A stretch of DNA of 64,000 nucleotides, taken from assembly GCF_020745735.1 (NCBI RefSeq), contig NC_083409.1:16044789-16108788 (forward strand), given 5' to 3'. Below are positions 11,050-23,245 of the stretch, in pieces (positions within the stretch are counted from its first letter, which is position 1; each line of letters starts with the position of its first letter). This DNA is from Hemiscyllium ocellatum. Taxonomy: Eukaryota. The notes beneath the pieces are model-generated. The model worked only from the letters and a program-made list of their open reading frames with translations. It did no database searches and was not told the DNA's origin. The translations under genes were made by a program, and so were the position numbers.

Positions 11050-13840
11050 GCCCTTTCCTGCTGGTTCCATTCAATGACAGGCAGGAGGTTGGAGGAACAC
11101 AGCAAGTCAGGCAGCATCAGGCGGTGAAGAAGTTGATGTTTTGGGTGTAACCCTTCTTCAGGAATGGTGGTGAGTGTAGGCGGAGCTGCAGATAAAGCGG
11201 GTTGCTGGGGCAAGGTGGAGAATGGGGATAGATGAAGACAGGCAGAGGACACGACCTGGTTCGTTAATGGAAGGAATGAATCTGGTGGCAGAGAGGAGTG
11301 GAAGAGATGGGAGGGGCTGGGGAGGGAGTCCAGGGATGGGAAGGGAAGGTGTTTGAAATTGGAGAACTCAGTGTTGAATCCTCTGGGCTGTAGGCTGCCC
11401 AGGCGGAAGATGAGGTATTGTCCCTCCAATTTGCGATTTGGTTCATTGTGGCAATGGAGGAAGCCAAAGATGATCATGGTAGAAAGGGAGTGGGAAGGGG
11501 AATTAAAATGGGTGGTGACTGGGAGGTCTGGTCGGCTCCTACAGGCCCAGCTGAGATGCACGGCCAACCGCTGCCGAAGTTTGGTTTCCTGATGTAGAGA
11601 AGACCACATCGCCGTCACCTGATGCAGTAAACTAGGTTGGAGGAGAACCTCTGTCTCACCTGGAAGGACTGTTTGGGGCCTGGATGGAGGTGCTGGGGTT
11701 GGTGTACCAGCAGGCTTTGCATCATTTCCGTTTGCAGGGGAAGGTACCGGGGGGTTCAGGAGAGATGGTGGAGAGAGTGGTGCAAACCAAGAATTGTCAA
11801 AGAGAACAGTCCTTGTGGAAGGCAGACAGGGGTAGGGTGAGGAAGACATTCTTGGTGGTGGGGTTTGGGGTTGGCAGAATAGGATGATGTGTTGGATACA
11901 GAGATTGGTTTGGGTGATAGGTGAGGACAATGGGCACTCTGTCTTTATTCTGTTTGGAGGGGGTGGGTTTAGAGCAGTGGAACAGGAAATGGAGGTGGTG
12001 CGATGGATGACAGAGGGAGCAAAAGCATGTTGTTCGAAATAGGTGGACATCTGGAATACTTGGGAGTGGAATGTCTCCTCATCTGAGCAGATAGAGCAGA
12101 GGCGGAGGAATTGGAAGAATGGGATGGAGGTCTTGCAGGATACTGGGTGGGAGAATGTATATTCCGGGTAATAATGAGTTTGCAGTAAATGTCTATCTGA
12201 ACACTGTCACTGGAGATGGGAATGGAGAGGTCAATAAAGGGGAGGGAGGTGTCCAAGGTGGACCAAGTGAATTTGAGGGTAGGGTGGAAGTTGTGGGCGA
12301 AGACGATGAACTGCTCCAGTTCAGCCTGGGTGCAGGTCACTGCACCAATGCAGTCATCGATGTAATGGTAGCAGAGCTGGGGCACAGTGCCTGTGTAGGC
12401 ACTGAAGAGGGACTGTTCAGCATAGCCAATAAAGGGGCAGGGGGAGCTGGGGCCCATCCAGGTAATCATAGCCACCCCTGGATTTAGAGGAACTGGGAGG
12501 AGTTAAAGGAAAAGTTGTTGAGGGTGAGGACCAGTTGGGCCAGATGGAGGAGGGTATTGGTGGAGGGGGAGTGGATGGATCTGTTGGAGAGAAAAAAGCA
12601 GAGGGCCAGGAGGCTGATCTTGTTGGGTATGGACGTATATAAGGACTGTGAAGGTAAAGTGCTGGGGGCCTGGGAACTGAAGGTTACTGAAGAGATGGAG
12701 GGCATGGTTGGTGTCACGGATGTAGGTGGGAAGTGCCTGAACCAAGGAGGAGAGGATGGAGTTGAGGTAGGATGAGAGGAGTTCGGTGGGGCAGGAGCAT
12801 GTTGAGATGATGGGTCGGCCAGTGTAGTTGGGTTTGTGGATCTTGGGGAGCAGGTAGAACTGGGCAGTGCAGGGCTGGGGGACTATGAGATTGGAGACAG
12901 TGGAGGGGAGATCACTGGAGGCAATGGGGGCACAGACAGTGTGAGTGATTTTGGCCTGATGGGTCACAGTGGGGTCATGGGCAAGGGGGAGGTAGAACGT
13001 GGTGTCAGAGAGTTGGGGTTCGGCCTCTGTGACATAGAGGTCCGTTCCCCAGACTACCACCTTTGTCAGTGGGTTTGATGGTGAACCGGGGGTTGGTACG
13101 GAGAGAGTGGAGGGCTGCATGTTTGGAGGAGGGGTGTTTGGAGAGGGTGAGGGGAGGTGGAGAAATTGAGGCGGCTGATGTCACATCAGTGGTCAGCAAT
13201 GAAGAGCTCTAGGGTGTGTACACAGCTGGTGGTGGGGGGGTTGGGGGGTGACCAAGTGGAGGAGGAAGGTTGAAGGTGGGAGGAGGGGTCCTCAGAGGGA
13301 GTTTGGGAGTTTTTGTTAAAGAAGAAGACACGGAGGTAGAGGCGGCGGAAGAAGAGCTCCACGTCCTGGTGGGTGCGGGATTTTTTGAAGTTGGGAACAA
13401 ATGTGAGCCCTTTTCTCAGGATGGACCTTTTGGACTCAGAGAGTTCGAGGTCGTGGGGGGCAGTAAATAAGGGGCAAGGCTCGGGGTGGGGGATGAGGTT
13501 TTCAGGGGGGTCCGAGATGGCTGAAGGAGGGGAGGGGGCAAGGCTAATGGGAATGGGAGAGAATGGGTGTGGGAGAGAAAGGAGATTGGGGTGGAGGTGG
13601 GTTGTGGAGTGAGGTGAGGGAGTGGGAAGGTGGGGATGTGGTGAAGATGGAGAAGTGGAGGGATAGGGTGCACTGTGGGGGTGGATGGGTGAGGAGGGAG
13701 AGCGAGTGTGCTGGCTGGCTGCAGGTAGGCAGTTGGACTCAGGGGGACTGTGGGAAATGTAGTCTCAGTCCTGGTTGCAGAGTGGGAGGGGCCAGAAGTG
13801 GAGGCAGATGCTGGAGCGAAGTCAAGGCTGGATTGGGTGT
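11050..13840 (-). mobile_element. Penelope-like retroelement, largely complete but frameshifted (RT + GIY-YIG + terminal repeat)
   Basis: LPKIHKPNYTGRPIISTCSCPTELLSSYL (12503..13120), RT catalytic YIDD in ORF 11969..12475, C-terminal RKLEGQYLIFRLGSLQPRGFNTEF (in 10986..12050). Terminal repeat at ~11075-11170 with decayed CTGAAGAAGGG..CCCAAAAC. Confidence 0.9.
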
Positions 13841-13844
13841 TTTG

Positions 13845-14148
13845 ACCCAGGTTCAATTCCAGCCTCAGGCAACTGTCTGTGTGGAGTTTGCACATTCTCC
13901 AAGTGCCTGCGTAGGTTTCCTCTGGGTGCTCTGGTTTCCTCCCACAGTCTAAAGACGTGCAGGTTAGGTGAATTGGCCATGCTAAGTTGCCCACAGTGGT
14001 CAGGGATGTGTAGGTTAGGCTCATTAGTCAGGGGAAAAGCAGAGTAATAAGACAGGGGATTGGGTCTTGGGTAGGTTACTCTTCCAAGGGTCAGTGTGGA
14101 CATGTTGGGCCAAGTGGCCTGTTTCCTCACTGTAGGGATTTTATGACA
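13845..14148 (+). mobile_element. HE1-family (V-SINE) SINE, 5'-truncated
   Basis: ggttcaattcc B-box-like start, ctgtctgtgtggagtttgcacattctcc...ggtttcctcccacagtc..aaaga.gtgcaggttagg core, CR1-like tail. Same element as at 47381 and 37690. Confidence 0.85.
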
Positions 14149-15525
14149 GTCCATTCCGGATTCCCACCACCTGTTGAGTGAAAAAGTTCTTCACCAAATC
14201 TTATTTGCAGTGTCCATAATGAAATCTTTCAAACCATTCATTTTGTTGAATGTCATTTAGCTCTTGAGCTCCTTGTTCAATAAATGTTTTATTCTTTTTG
14301 ATGAAATATGAGTTCCCTGACAGGGACGGTTAACTTTGTCCAATCAGGGAGCCCTGGCTGACAGATAAAAAGGGGAATGTCAGAAGGACTGATACTCTGG
14401 GACCTGACTCTGAATAACAACCTGCCAACCAACCCCCTCCTTCTGTCACCCTCAATCTCCCCATGCTTACTCTTGTTTCACCTTCGATCCAGCCTGTGCT
14501 GCCTTTGGGAGAGGTTGGCCTTCCCTCCATCACCCAGGAATGTGGTCATCATCCCAGAGCAGTCACACTTTTAACCTGAGGGTCATTACAGCTGTAGCAG
14601 GGGGAGAGAAAGTGGCACCTTCATGGTGGTCATACCTGTCATTAATCCACCGCAACCTCTCTTGGGGCTGCAAGAATTCAACCTCCCTCCCTCAGACAGC
14701 TCCCCTCCCTGGAAGGTAATATTGCTGCACCTTGTTTTGGGTTAATTAACCACTGAAATATGACTATGGGGAGCCAGCATTGGCTGGGCAGGCAGCCACC
14801 ATTGACCCTGGATTCAGAAAGTCCCCTTGTAATTGGACATCACATTAGGGAGCACAGTCTAGATTAGAGTAGTGCTGGAAAAGCACAGCAGGTCAGGCAG
14901 CATCTGAGGAGCAGGAAAATCGACATTTCTGCATGAGGGAGCACAGTGCCCACTGCCTCTGAAATCCCTCCCTTACTGAGAATACACTCTCAGTATTCAC
15001 CTTTCTCAGCTGCCATCTGAATTTACTATAAATTCTGTGTCCAATGATCCTGCCCCTCCAGCTACCTGATGAAGAAACAGTGCTCTGAACGCTTCTACTT
15101 TCAAATAAACCTGTTTGACTATCACCTGGAGTTGTGTGTTTTTTAACTTTGGCCATCTGAATGAGCTGCCATCTCAGACTGAATCAGCAGAACTGTTTTC
15201 CATTCATGATTTGAGAAGATTAAAGCCTAATCTTCAATCCCCAGCACAAAGCCCATTCTCAATCCATCGCTCGGAGACACATACCTCAGAGAGACACCTA
15301 CAGACAGCACAGAGTAACACACTCACTCTGTGAGACAGGTAGCACTGAGGAACATGATCACACTCCATGCTGCAGACAGGTGTCTCCGAATGTGGGTGCG
15401 TTACTGAACGCTGCCTGTAGGTGTCTCTCTGAGTAACTAATCCACACTGAGAGAGACCCCTCCAAGCAGCATTAAGTTAAACACTCGCACTCAGAGAGGC
15501 ACACATTCCAGATAGAGCTTTATTC

Positions 15526-15655
15526 CTGATGAAGGGCTTTGCCCGAAACATCGATTTTCCTGCTCCTCAGATGCTGCCTGACCTGCTGTGCTTTTCCAGT
15601 ACCACTCTAATCTAGAATCTGGTTTCCAGCATCTGCAGTCCTTGTTTTTACCTCA
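15526..15655 (+). mobile_element. Penelope terminal-repeat fragment with minimal hammerhead-ribozyme core (15526-15552)
   Basis: CTGATGA-A-GGGC-TTT-GCCC-GAAA-C-ATC followed by the family body gattttcctgctcctcagatgctgcctgacctgctgtgcttttccag...tccagcatctgcag. Confidence 0.75.
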
Positions 15656-16230
15656 GAGAGACACAGCTGACAATGTCAGTGATTGGCCGAAGATTGTTTC
15701 AGCAGCTACCCAACATGCAGCAGAGATTGCACAGTGCGATCCCATCAGATGGGCCTGGACCAACAGAGTGAAGAGGGAATGCATCAGATTGTACTTATTG
15801 AGTCCTAACAGCTTTCGGTTTCTGTTCTTTTTGGAATCTTGTAACCTACATAAATTCCTGATCAAAGGGATCATTTGAAAATGATTAATGATTGATGATT
15901 GTAATTGATTGACAGGCCAACCAGCCAATCTTGACAATGACCTGCTGAAATGCAGCCAATCAACTGGGGGGTGGGGAAGGTTATCTATTTCCAAAGCATA
16001 CACCAGACAGAGACTGAATCTTCACCTTTATTCCCTTTTCCACATTCACATTGACAGAAAAAAAACTGCAATTAACAGCCCAGACAGAGGAAGCTGCTCA
16101 AATTCACAGCCACAATGGTGTTTAAGGAAAACATTTGTGGAGAATTGCTCAATAACATGAGAATCCTGTCCCTTTAAACAGTGACAAAACCTTAAATTGG
16201 AACTGACAGCTGAGCAGGAAGGAGATCTGG

Positions 16231-16236
16231 TTTATT
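16231..16236 (-). terminator. Polyadenylation signal AATAAA of the Ig light-chain transcript
   Basis: Plus-strand tttatt at 16231-16236, about 320 nt downstream of the C stop codon. Confidence 0.7.
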
Positions 16237-16557
16237 GAAGCAGAGAATTCTGAGGTTCACATTGTTTTGTACAGCTGACAGTCTTCAGCAACTTCAAGAG
16301 ATTTTACTTGGCATCACAAGTCAACCCTGTCCCCATCAAACACTCCCAGAACAGGGACAGCATGGGGTTTGACACAGCATAAAGCTCCCTCGACACTGTC
16401 GCAATGATGTGCTTTAACATCCAAACCTCAGAAGGTTCCCTGAGCAGTCCTGAGAAGGAAGAGAGTTGAAATTCAGTGCTGACAATGACCTTTGTCCTGC
16501 CAGCTCAGCCCTGTTCTATTTAAAGTTGTGTCTCCTCTGTGGACTGTCTCCAACACT

Positions 16558-16886
16558 CTACACACATTCTGATCTCCTGATGCTCTTGCTGAGGGGAGAG
16601 GAGAGGGTCACGTGGGTGAGGGCACAGGAGAAGCGAGCGTTGGACTCCCAGTCAGACCCAGAGAGGGTCAGCAGGCTGCTGACACTGTAGGTGCTGTCCG
16701 AAGCTCGCAGGTAGTTGCTGGTCTGAACCCCGTCCGAAATGACTGCACCGTCTTTCTTCCACTGCACCTCCAGCTCATCGGGATAGAAGTGATTGGCAAG
16801 GCACACCAGGGTGGCAGTGTCCTTGGCATTAATCTGCTCAGGGGAGGGGGGCAGCAGGGTCAGCTTGGGCTGAGAGTTGTCACGGA
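16558..16886 (-). CDS. IGKC: Ig light-chain constant exon, kappa / type III (NS4-like)
   Basis: Acceptor ttgtctttcAG at 16888-16887. The phase-1 exon reads (I)RDNSQPKLTLLPPSPEQINAKDTATLVCLANHFYPDELEVQWKK...YSVSSLLTL..DWESNARFSCALTH...KSIRRSECV-TAG, with both C1-set cysteines, the conserved Trp and the penultimate Cys. No stop codons or frameshifts. Confidence 0.98.
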
Positions 16887-17229
16887 CTGAAAGACAAAAG
16901 AAACAATTTTAATCCCTGACATTTGAAGGGAATTCAACCCTCACAATATTCACTGACAATACGATCTTCTTGAACATTCTTAGTCAATACAGAATAAACC
17001 CAACAAATGAACAGACACTGTTCAAATTGCTTCTTGCGATCTGAGTGTCACTGGCAGGGCCAGCATTCATTACCGTCCCTAGATGTCCCTGAGAAGGTGA
17101 TGGTGAAGCAGCAGAGAGAGAAGGGACAATTTTGGACCATCAGTTATGGAATGAATGTGGGAAGCTGGAAGGGCTATCGATGGGGAAGCATTTTAGTGAC
17201 ACTGATTACAACTCAGTGAGATTGAGAGG

Positions 17230-17880
17230 AGGAATGGAAATGGAGAACCATGGAGCAAGTGTAAAAGTTTTCATTTTACTAAACTGTGCGGTGCTTTGGT
17301 AAAAGTGGATCGGAACCAATGGCATGATGGGAAATCAGTGTCAGGGCAGTGGGAGCCCTCGAAGGATGAGACAGACTGTTCAGAATCTGTTCCCACAATG
17401 AGTAAGGGTGGGACTCCCACATCTAGACCAAAGAAACAAGAGGATTGGGGTTCACGTACTGACATGGATTGGGAACTGGTTGGCAGGCAGCACAGAAAGA
17501 ATGAGTCTTTTTCTGAATGGCAGGTAATAACAACTTAGGGTGCCACAGGGTCAGCCCTTGGTACCCAGTTATTCATAATAAATAACAATAGAGTCATAAG
17601 GGCCCAAAAGACCCATCAGCCCATTGTGTCCATACTGGTCAAAAAACAACAACCCAATAATTGTCATCCATTTTTCCAGCAAAAGGGAATTAGATGCAAT
17701 GTGTATTTAAGAAGGAATTAGATATAGTTCTTAGGATTAAAGGGATCAAAGAATGTGGGGAGAAAGTAGGAACAGGGGACTGTGTTGGATGAACAGCCAT
17801 GATCATATTGAAGGGTGGAGCAGGCCTTGAAGGGCCGAATGGCCTACTGCTGCTCCTGTGTTTGATGTTTCTATCTGTTT
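17230..17880 (+). mobile_element. CR1 LINE RT and 3'-end fragments
   Basis: tggattgggaactggttggcaggcag..cagaaaga...gggtgccacagggtc (RT region), followed by the tail gggccgaatggcctactgctgctcct. Confidence 0.7.
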
Positions 17881-18419
17881 CTCAGATAATGAAGGAATGT
17901 CTCTCATCATTTTGAAGCTGGAAGTCAGATGTGTGTGGAGGTGGAAGATGTGGCCATGGTGATTAATGCAGGTCAGTGAGGTGGTTCAGAAGACACATGG
18001 GATAAACTGTTTTTCTTTTTCCCTTGATGGAATGAGGGCATTGCTGGATCGGCAGCATTTATTGCCCATCCCTAATCACCCAAAGGACAGTTTAGAGTCA
18101 CCCACATTGCTGTGGGTCTGGGGTCACATGGTAAGGATGGCAGTTTTCTTCCCTAAAGGACATAAGGGAATCAGATGCTTTTTCCTGACAATCAACGATG
18201 GTTTCATGGTCATCATTAGTCTCTTAATTGCAGATGTTGTTTTGAATGAATTTGAATGCCACCATCTGCTGGATTCTAACCCTGGTCCCCAGAACATTAC
18301 CTGGATCTCTCGATTAACAGCTCAGCAATAACACCATTAGACCATCACCTCCCTTATCTCATTTTTGGTTGACTGTGAAAGCAAGGTGTTTGTTTATTCT
18401 GGAACTGTATAAAACCCCA

Positions 18420-18910
18420 GTTAGAGCACAGTGAGAGAACTGTGTACGGTTCTGGTCACCACATACAGGAAGGATGTGATTCCATTAGAGATGGCGACAG
18501 AGGAGGAGTTTGTCTGGAGTGGGGACTTTGAGCTTTGCGGAATGATTGGATTGGCTGGGACTGTTTTCTTTGGAACACAGGAGGCTGAGGGGAGATTTGA
18601 TGGTGGTGTGTAAAATGATGAGGGGCCTGGACAGAGTGGGTAGGAAGGACTGATTTCCACCAGCACAGAGGGCAATAACCATGGGGAGAGATTGAAATCA
18701 GTTGGGGCAGGATTAGAGGGGGGTTGAGGGTCTTTGTTTTCACCCAGAGGTTGGTGGGATGTGGGACTCACTGTCTGAAAGGGTGGGAGAGGCAGAAACC
18801 CTCATCACATTGAAAAAACACTTAGATGTTCACTTGAAACAGCAAAACTTCCAGAGCTATGGAGCAAGAGCTGGAATGTGGGATGGAGCGTGGTATCTCT
18901 TTAACAAACC
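18420..18910 (+). mobile_element. CR1 LINE 3' fragment
   Basis: agagcacagtg..ctgtgtacggttctggtcacc...aggaaggatgtgatt and the CR1 3' region gggtgggagaggcagaaaccctc. Confidence 0.75.
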
Positions 18911-19189
18911 TCCGATTACCCACAGATCAGGAGAACTTTATCCAAGAACATTGGAGAAGACTCGGATCCACACACGTCAGGAAAGAATCACGTTGGGGTG
19001 TCTGTGTAGAAGATTCTAGATTATATTTCAAACCTTGCTGCACACTATTGGGCTGAGGTCAAGGGTGAGGCTGCAAAGAGTCTCAGTGTCCTAGGGTCAG
19101 ACAGGGTCACTGCTCCTAATGACCCCATGACTCCTGGAAGGTGAGAGTGCGCAGACAATGATGAGGATCCAGATCAGGAGACTCCAACC

Positions 19190-19420
19190 TTCAAGAAAGA
19201 CTTGCACTTGTGTAGCACCTGTCCCCAATTCAGGATGTCCCACTGGATCTTTCCAGCAGACTGTGACCAGCGAGATCCCAAACACCATGTGATAATTAGC
19301 AGAGAAATACATTCTGAGTGATTTTGACTGGGGGATAAATATTGACCAGGGACACCAGGGGGAACTGCCTGCTCTTCATCCAACAGTGCCGTGGAATGGC
19401 ATCTTTCACAACTGAAAGAC
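19190..19420 (-). mobile_element. Deu-domain SINE fragment
   Basis: Minus strand reads gtctttcagttgtgaaagatgccattccacggcactg..gaagagcagg..gttcccc.tggtgtccc..gtcaatatttatccc. A related piece lies at ~20150-20300(-). Confidence 0.55.
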
Positions 19421-19469
19421 TCTCAGTTATTCCAAAAAATGAAGAATAGTTCCTTGAAGATGAAGTTGC

Positions 19470-20110
19470 AGGTACATAGGGAAGTGACAAAGTTATTTGG
19501 TTTGCTTTCCTTTACTTGTCAGTGCATTGGATATTGGAGTTGGGAGCTGTTGCGGCTGTACAGGACATTGGTTAGGGCACTTTTGGAATACTGTGTGCAA
19601 TTCAGTTCTCCTTGCTGTAGGAAAAATGTTGCGAATCTTAAAATGATTTACAAGGATGATGCCAAGGTTGGAGGGTTTGCATGAAAAGGAGAGGCTGAAT
19701 AGGCTGAGGCTGTTTTCCCTGGATCATTGCAGGTTGATGGGTGATCGTATAGAGGTTTATAAAATCATGAGCGGCATAGATAGAGTGAATAGAGAAGATT
19801 TTTTCTCCAGAGTTGGGGAGTCCAGAACTGGAGGGCATAGGCTGAAGGTGACAGGGGAAAGATTTAAAAGGGACCTAAGGGACGTTTTCAATCAGAGGGT
19901 GTTAAATGTATGGAATGAGCTGCCAGAGGAGGTGGTGAAGGCTGGTACAATTACAACATTTAAAAGGCATGGGTATGTAAATAGAAAGATGTTAGAGGGA
20001 TATGGGCCAAATGCTGGCAAGTGGGACTAGATTAATTTCGGATATCTGGTCAGCATGGACGAGTTGGACCAAAGGGTCTGATTCTGTGCTGTCCATCCCT
20101 CTGACTCTAA
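19470..20110 (+). mobile_element. CR1 LINE 3' end
   Basis: ORFs 19391..19684 (LYRTLVRALLEYCVQFSSP) and 19656..20030 (RLNRLRLFSLDHCRLMGDRIEVYKIM...NELPEEVV), plus a typical 3' tail. Confidence 0.9.
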
Positions 20111-20699
20111 TTTTATTTCAATCCAGCCCTTAACACATCAGGCTCTCCCAAAGACAGTTACAGACAGTTTTGTTTGACAAGCAGTCACTGTTGCAATGTC
20201 AGTAACGTGGCAGCCAGTTTCTGCACAGCAAGATCCCACTAGAAGCAATGAGATCAAAGACCAATAATGATGTTGGCTCAACGATAAATATTGGCCTGAA
20301 CTCAACCCAAAGAGAAAGGAATTTGGTTCAGTTGGATGGAAAATGAGAAAATGGAAGGTAAAGGAGGAGGTAGGATTGCTGGTTAGTGATGGGATTGATT
20401 GTTACCAAAAAATAAAAGAAAGGGATGGAATTTTTGAATATCAAAGGGATCATAAAAGTGCAGGGAAAATCAATAATAGAACAAACTTAAAGAGTTTGTA
20501 TCTAAATGCACAAAGCATTCTGAGTAGGGTTGACAAAGTGATGTCACAATTCCAGGTAAATTGAGTTTCCAAGGAATTTAAACTAGTTAAAGTTGAGGAG
20601 GGCTCAGGAAAGGTTATTCATTTTTCTAGAAGATGTAAAAGGACAGAGAGTACAGAAAGGATCAGGAATCGAACATAAAGCACAGCAGATAAGGGGACA

Positions 20700-23245
20700 A
20701 TGATGGGAAGGAGAGCAATCAATGCAGGACTAAGGGTGTTGTACTTAAATGCACACAATATACACAATGGGCTGGTAGTACAGATTGAAACTGGCAGGTA
20801 CGATGTTGTGGGTATTACAGGGACATGGCTGAAAGGGAATTCGGGCTGGGAACTAAATATCCAAGGTTACATGTCCTATCAAAAGGACGGGCAGATTGGC
20901 AGAGGGGGAAGAGTTGCCTTGTTAGTGAGAAATGAAATTAAATCAATAGCAAGAAGTGATGTAGAGTTAGAAGGTGTAGAATCTGTGTGGGTAGAGCTGA
21001 GGAACTGCAATAAATAAAGAATCTGATGCAAGTTATGTCCAGATCTCCAAGCAGTAATCAGGGTGTGGGGAAGGAAATCAATTAGGAGACAGAAAATGTC
21101 AGGGCAGACTTCAATGGATAGGTGGGCTGGGTAGTGTATCTCAAGGAAAGGATTTCATGGAATGTCGATGATTTTGGAGCAGCTTGTGGTTGAGCCATTA
21201 TGGAACTGGCGGGTCTGGATTCAGTGATGTGTATTGAGGCTAACTTGATTAGTGAGTTTAAGGTGAAAGTATCCCTGTGGATAAGTGACCATAATACAAT
21301 AGAATTCCCCCTGTAGTTTGAGAGGGAGAAGTTGCAATCAGATTGAACAGTATTTCAGTTGAGTAAAGGGAACTCAATGTGGTGGAGAATAGTGGGAAGC
21401 CCGAGGATTAGGAAGCCTTTAAAAACCTGCAGAGGACAACTGAAAAAGCATTAAGGGTGGAGAATGTGAAATGTGGGAGTTATCTAGCCAGTAATATAAA
21501 AGAAGATTGCAGGAGTTTTATCAGGTGTATAAAAAGGAAGAGGGAGTCAAAAATAGACTATGGATCACTGGAAAATGAGGCTGGAGAAAGAATAACAGGA
21601 AATGAAGGAATAGCAGAGGAATTGAATAGATATTTTGCCTCAGTCTGCACCATGGAAAACACCAGCAGTGTCCCAGTAATTCAAGACTGTCAGGGGTCGG
21701 AGGGGAGTGTAGTGGCCATCGCTAAGGAGGAGGTACTGGGGAAGCTGAAAGGTCTGAATATGGATAACGCACCCAGACTGGATGAACTACACCCATGTGT
21801 TCTGAAGGAGATCACTGAGGAGATTGTGGAGGCATTGGTGATGATCTTTCAGTAATCAATGGAGTCAGGGTATGGAGGTGAGATGGGGACGGATTTGGTG
21901 GGGGCAAGGGACAGGAAAATGGCTCACATACCACCCCTGTTTCAGAAGGGAGGGAGGTAGAAGGTGGGACATTGTAGGCCAGTTCGCCAGGACTCAGTTG
22001 TTGGTAAGGTTTTAGACTTCAATTTAAGGATGAAATTGCAGAGGATTGGAAGTGCAATGGCTTCATCAAGGAGACGTCATGCCTGGCAAATCTGTTAGAA
22101 TTCTTTGAGGAGGCAATGAGCCAGTCAGACAAAGGAGAGTCCGAGGAAGTAATCTCTTTGGATTTCCACAAGGCATTTGACATAAGATAAGCGCCCACAG
22201 TATTAGTGGCAATGTAGTGGCATGGATTGAAGACTGGCAGGTTGGCATAAAGCAGAGCATGAGGAACAATGGCCGCTGGTGACTAGTAGAGTTCTGCAGT
22301 TGTCAATGTTATGGCCATAACTATTCACGTTATACATTAACAATCTGGATGAAGGAAGTGAAGACATTGTTGCTAAGTTTGCACGTGACATGAGATAGGT
22401 GGAGGGACAGGTAGTGTTGAGGAAGTGGGAAGGCTGTAAAAGCTCCTGGATAGGCTCGGAGAGTGGGCAAAGAAGTGGCAGACAGGATACAATGTGTGAC
22501 AGTGTGAGGGTATGCACTTTGGGAGGAAGAAGAGATGCAAAGACTGTTTGCTAAATAAGGAAAGCTTTTGGAAATCTAAAGCACAAACCTCATTCAGGTT
22601 TCCCTTCAGTTTAACAGGCAGGTCCAGTTTGTGCTTGGGAAGGCAAATGAAATGTTCGCATCCATTTCAATCGGGCCAGAATACAAGAGCAGAGATGTAC
22701 TGCTGAGGCTGTGTAAGGCTCTGGTCAGACCACATTTTGAATATTGTGAGCAGATTTGGGACCCATATTCTAAGAAACAATGTGCTGGCATTGGAGGGGT
22801 TTACAAGAATGATCCTGGGGATGAAAGGCTTGTCATATGAGGCGTGGTTGAGGACACTGTGTCTGTACTCGATGGAGTTTAGAAGAATGAGGAGGGATCT
22901 GATTGAAATTTGCAGAATACTGATCGGCCTGGATAGAGTGGATGCAGGACAGACTCGGGAACCAAGGCACAGCCTCAGAATGAAGGGCCGACCCTTTTGA
23001 GCTGAGGTGAGGAGGAATTTCTTCAGCCAGAAGGTGGTGAATCTGTGGAACTCATTGTTACAGAGGGCAGGGGAGGCCAAGTCACTAAGTGTATTTAAGA
23101 CAGAGATAGATAGGTTCGTGATTGTGAAGGGGATCGAACGTTCCTGTGGAGTAGGCAGGAGAATGGGGGTGAGAAGCATATCTGCCAAGATCAAATGGCA
23201 GAGCAGATTCAATGGGCTGAATGGCTGATTTCTGCTCCTATTTCT
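20700..23245 (+). mobile_element. CR1 LINE ORF2 (APE endonuclease + RT), decayed with internal deletions
   Basis: LRVLYLNAH..YDVVGITGTWL..GRGGRVALLV (20700..21017), KAPxLDELHPCVLKE (21457..21855), RPHFEYCEQIW (22631..22840), 3' tail to ~23245. Confidence 0.9.
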
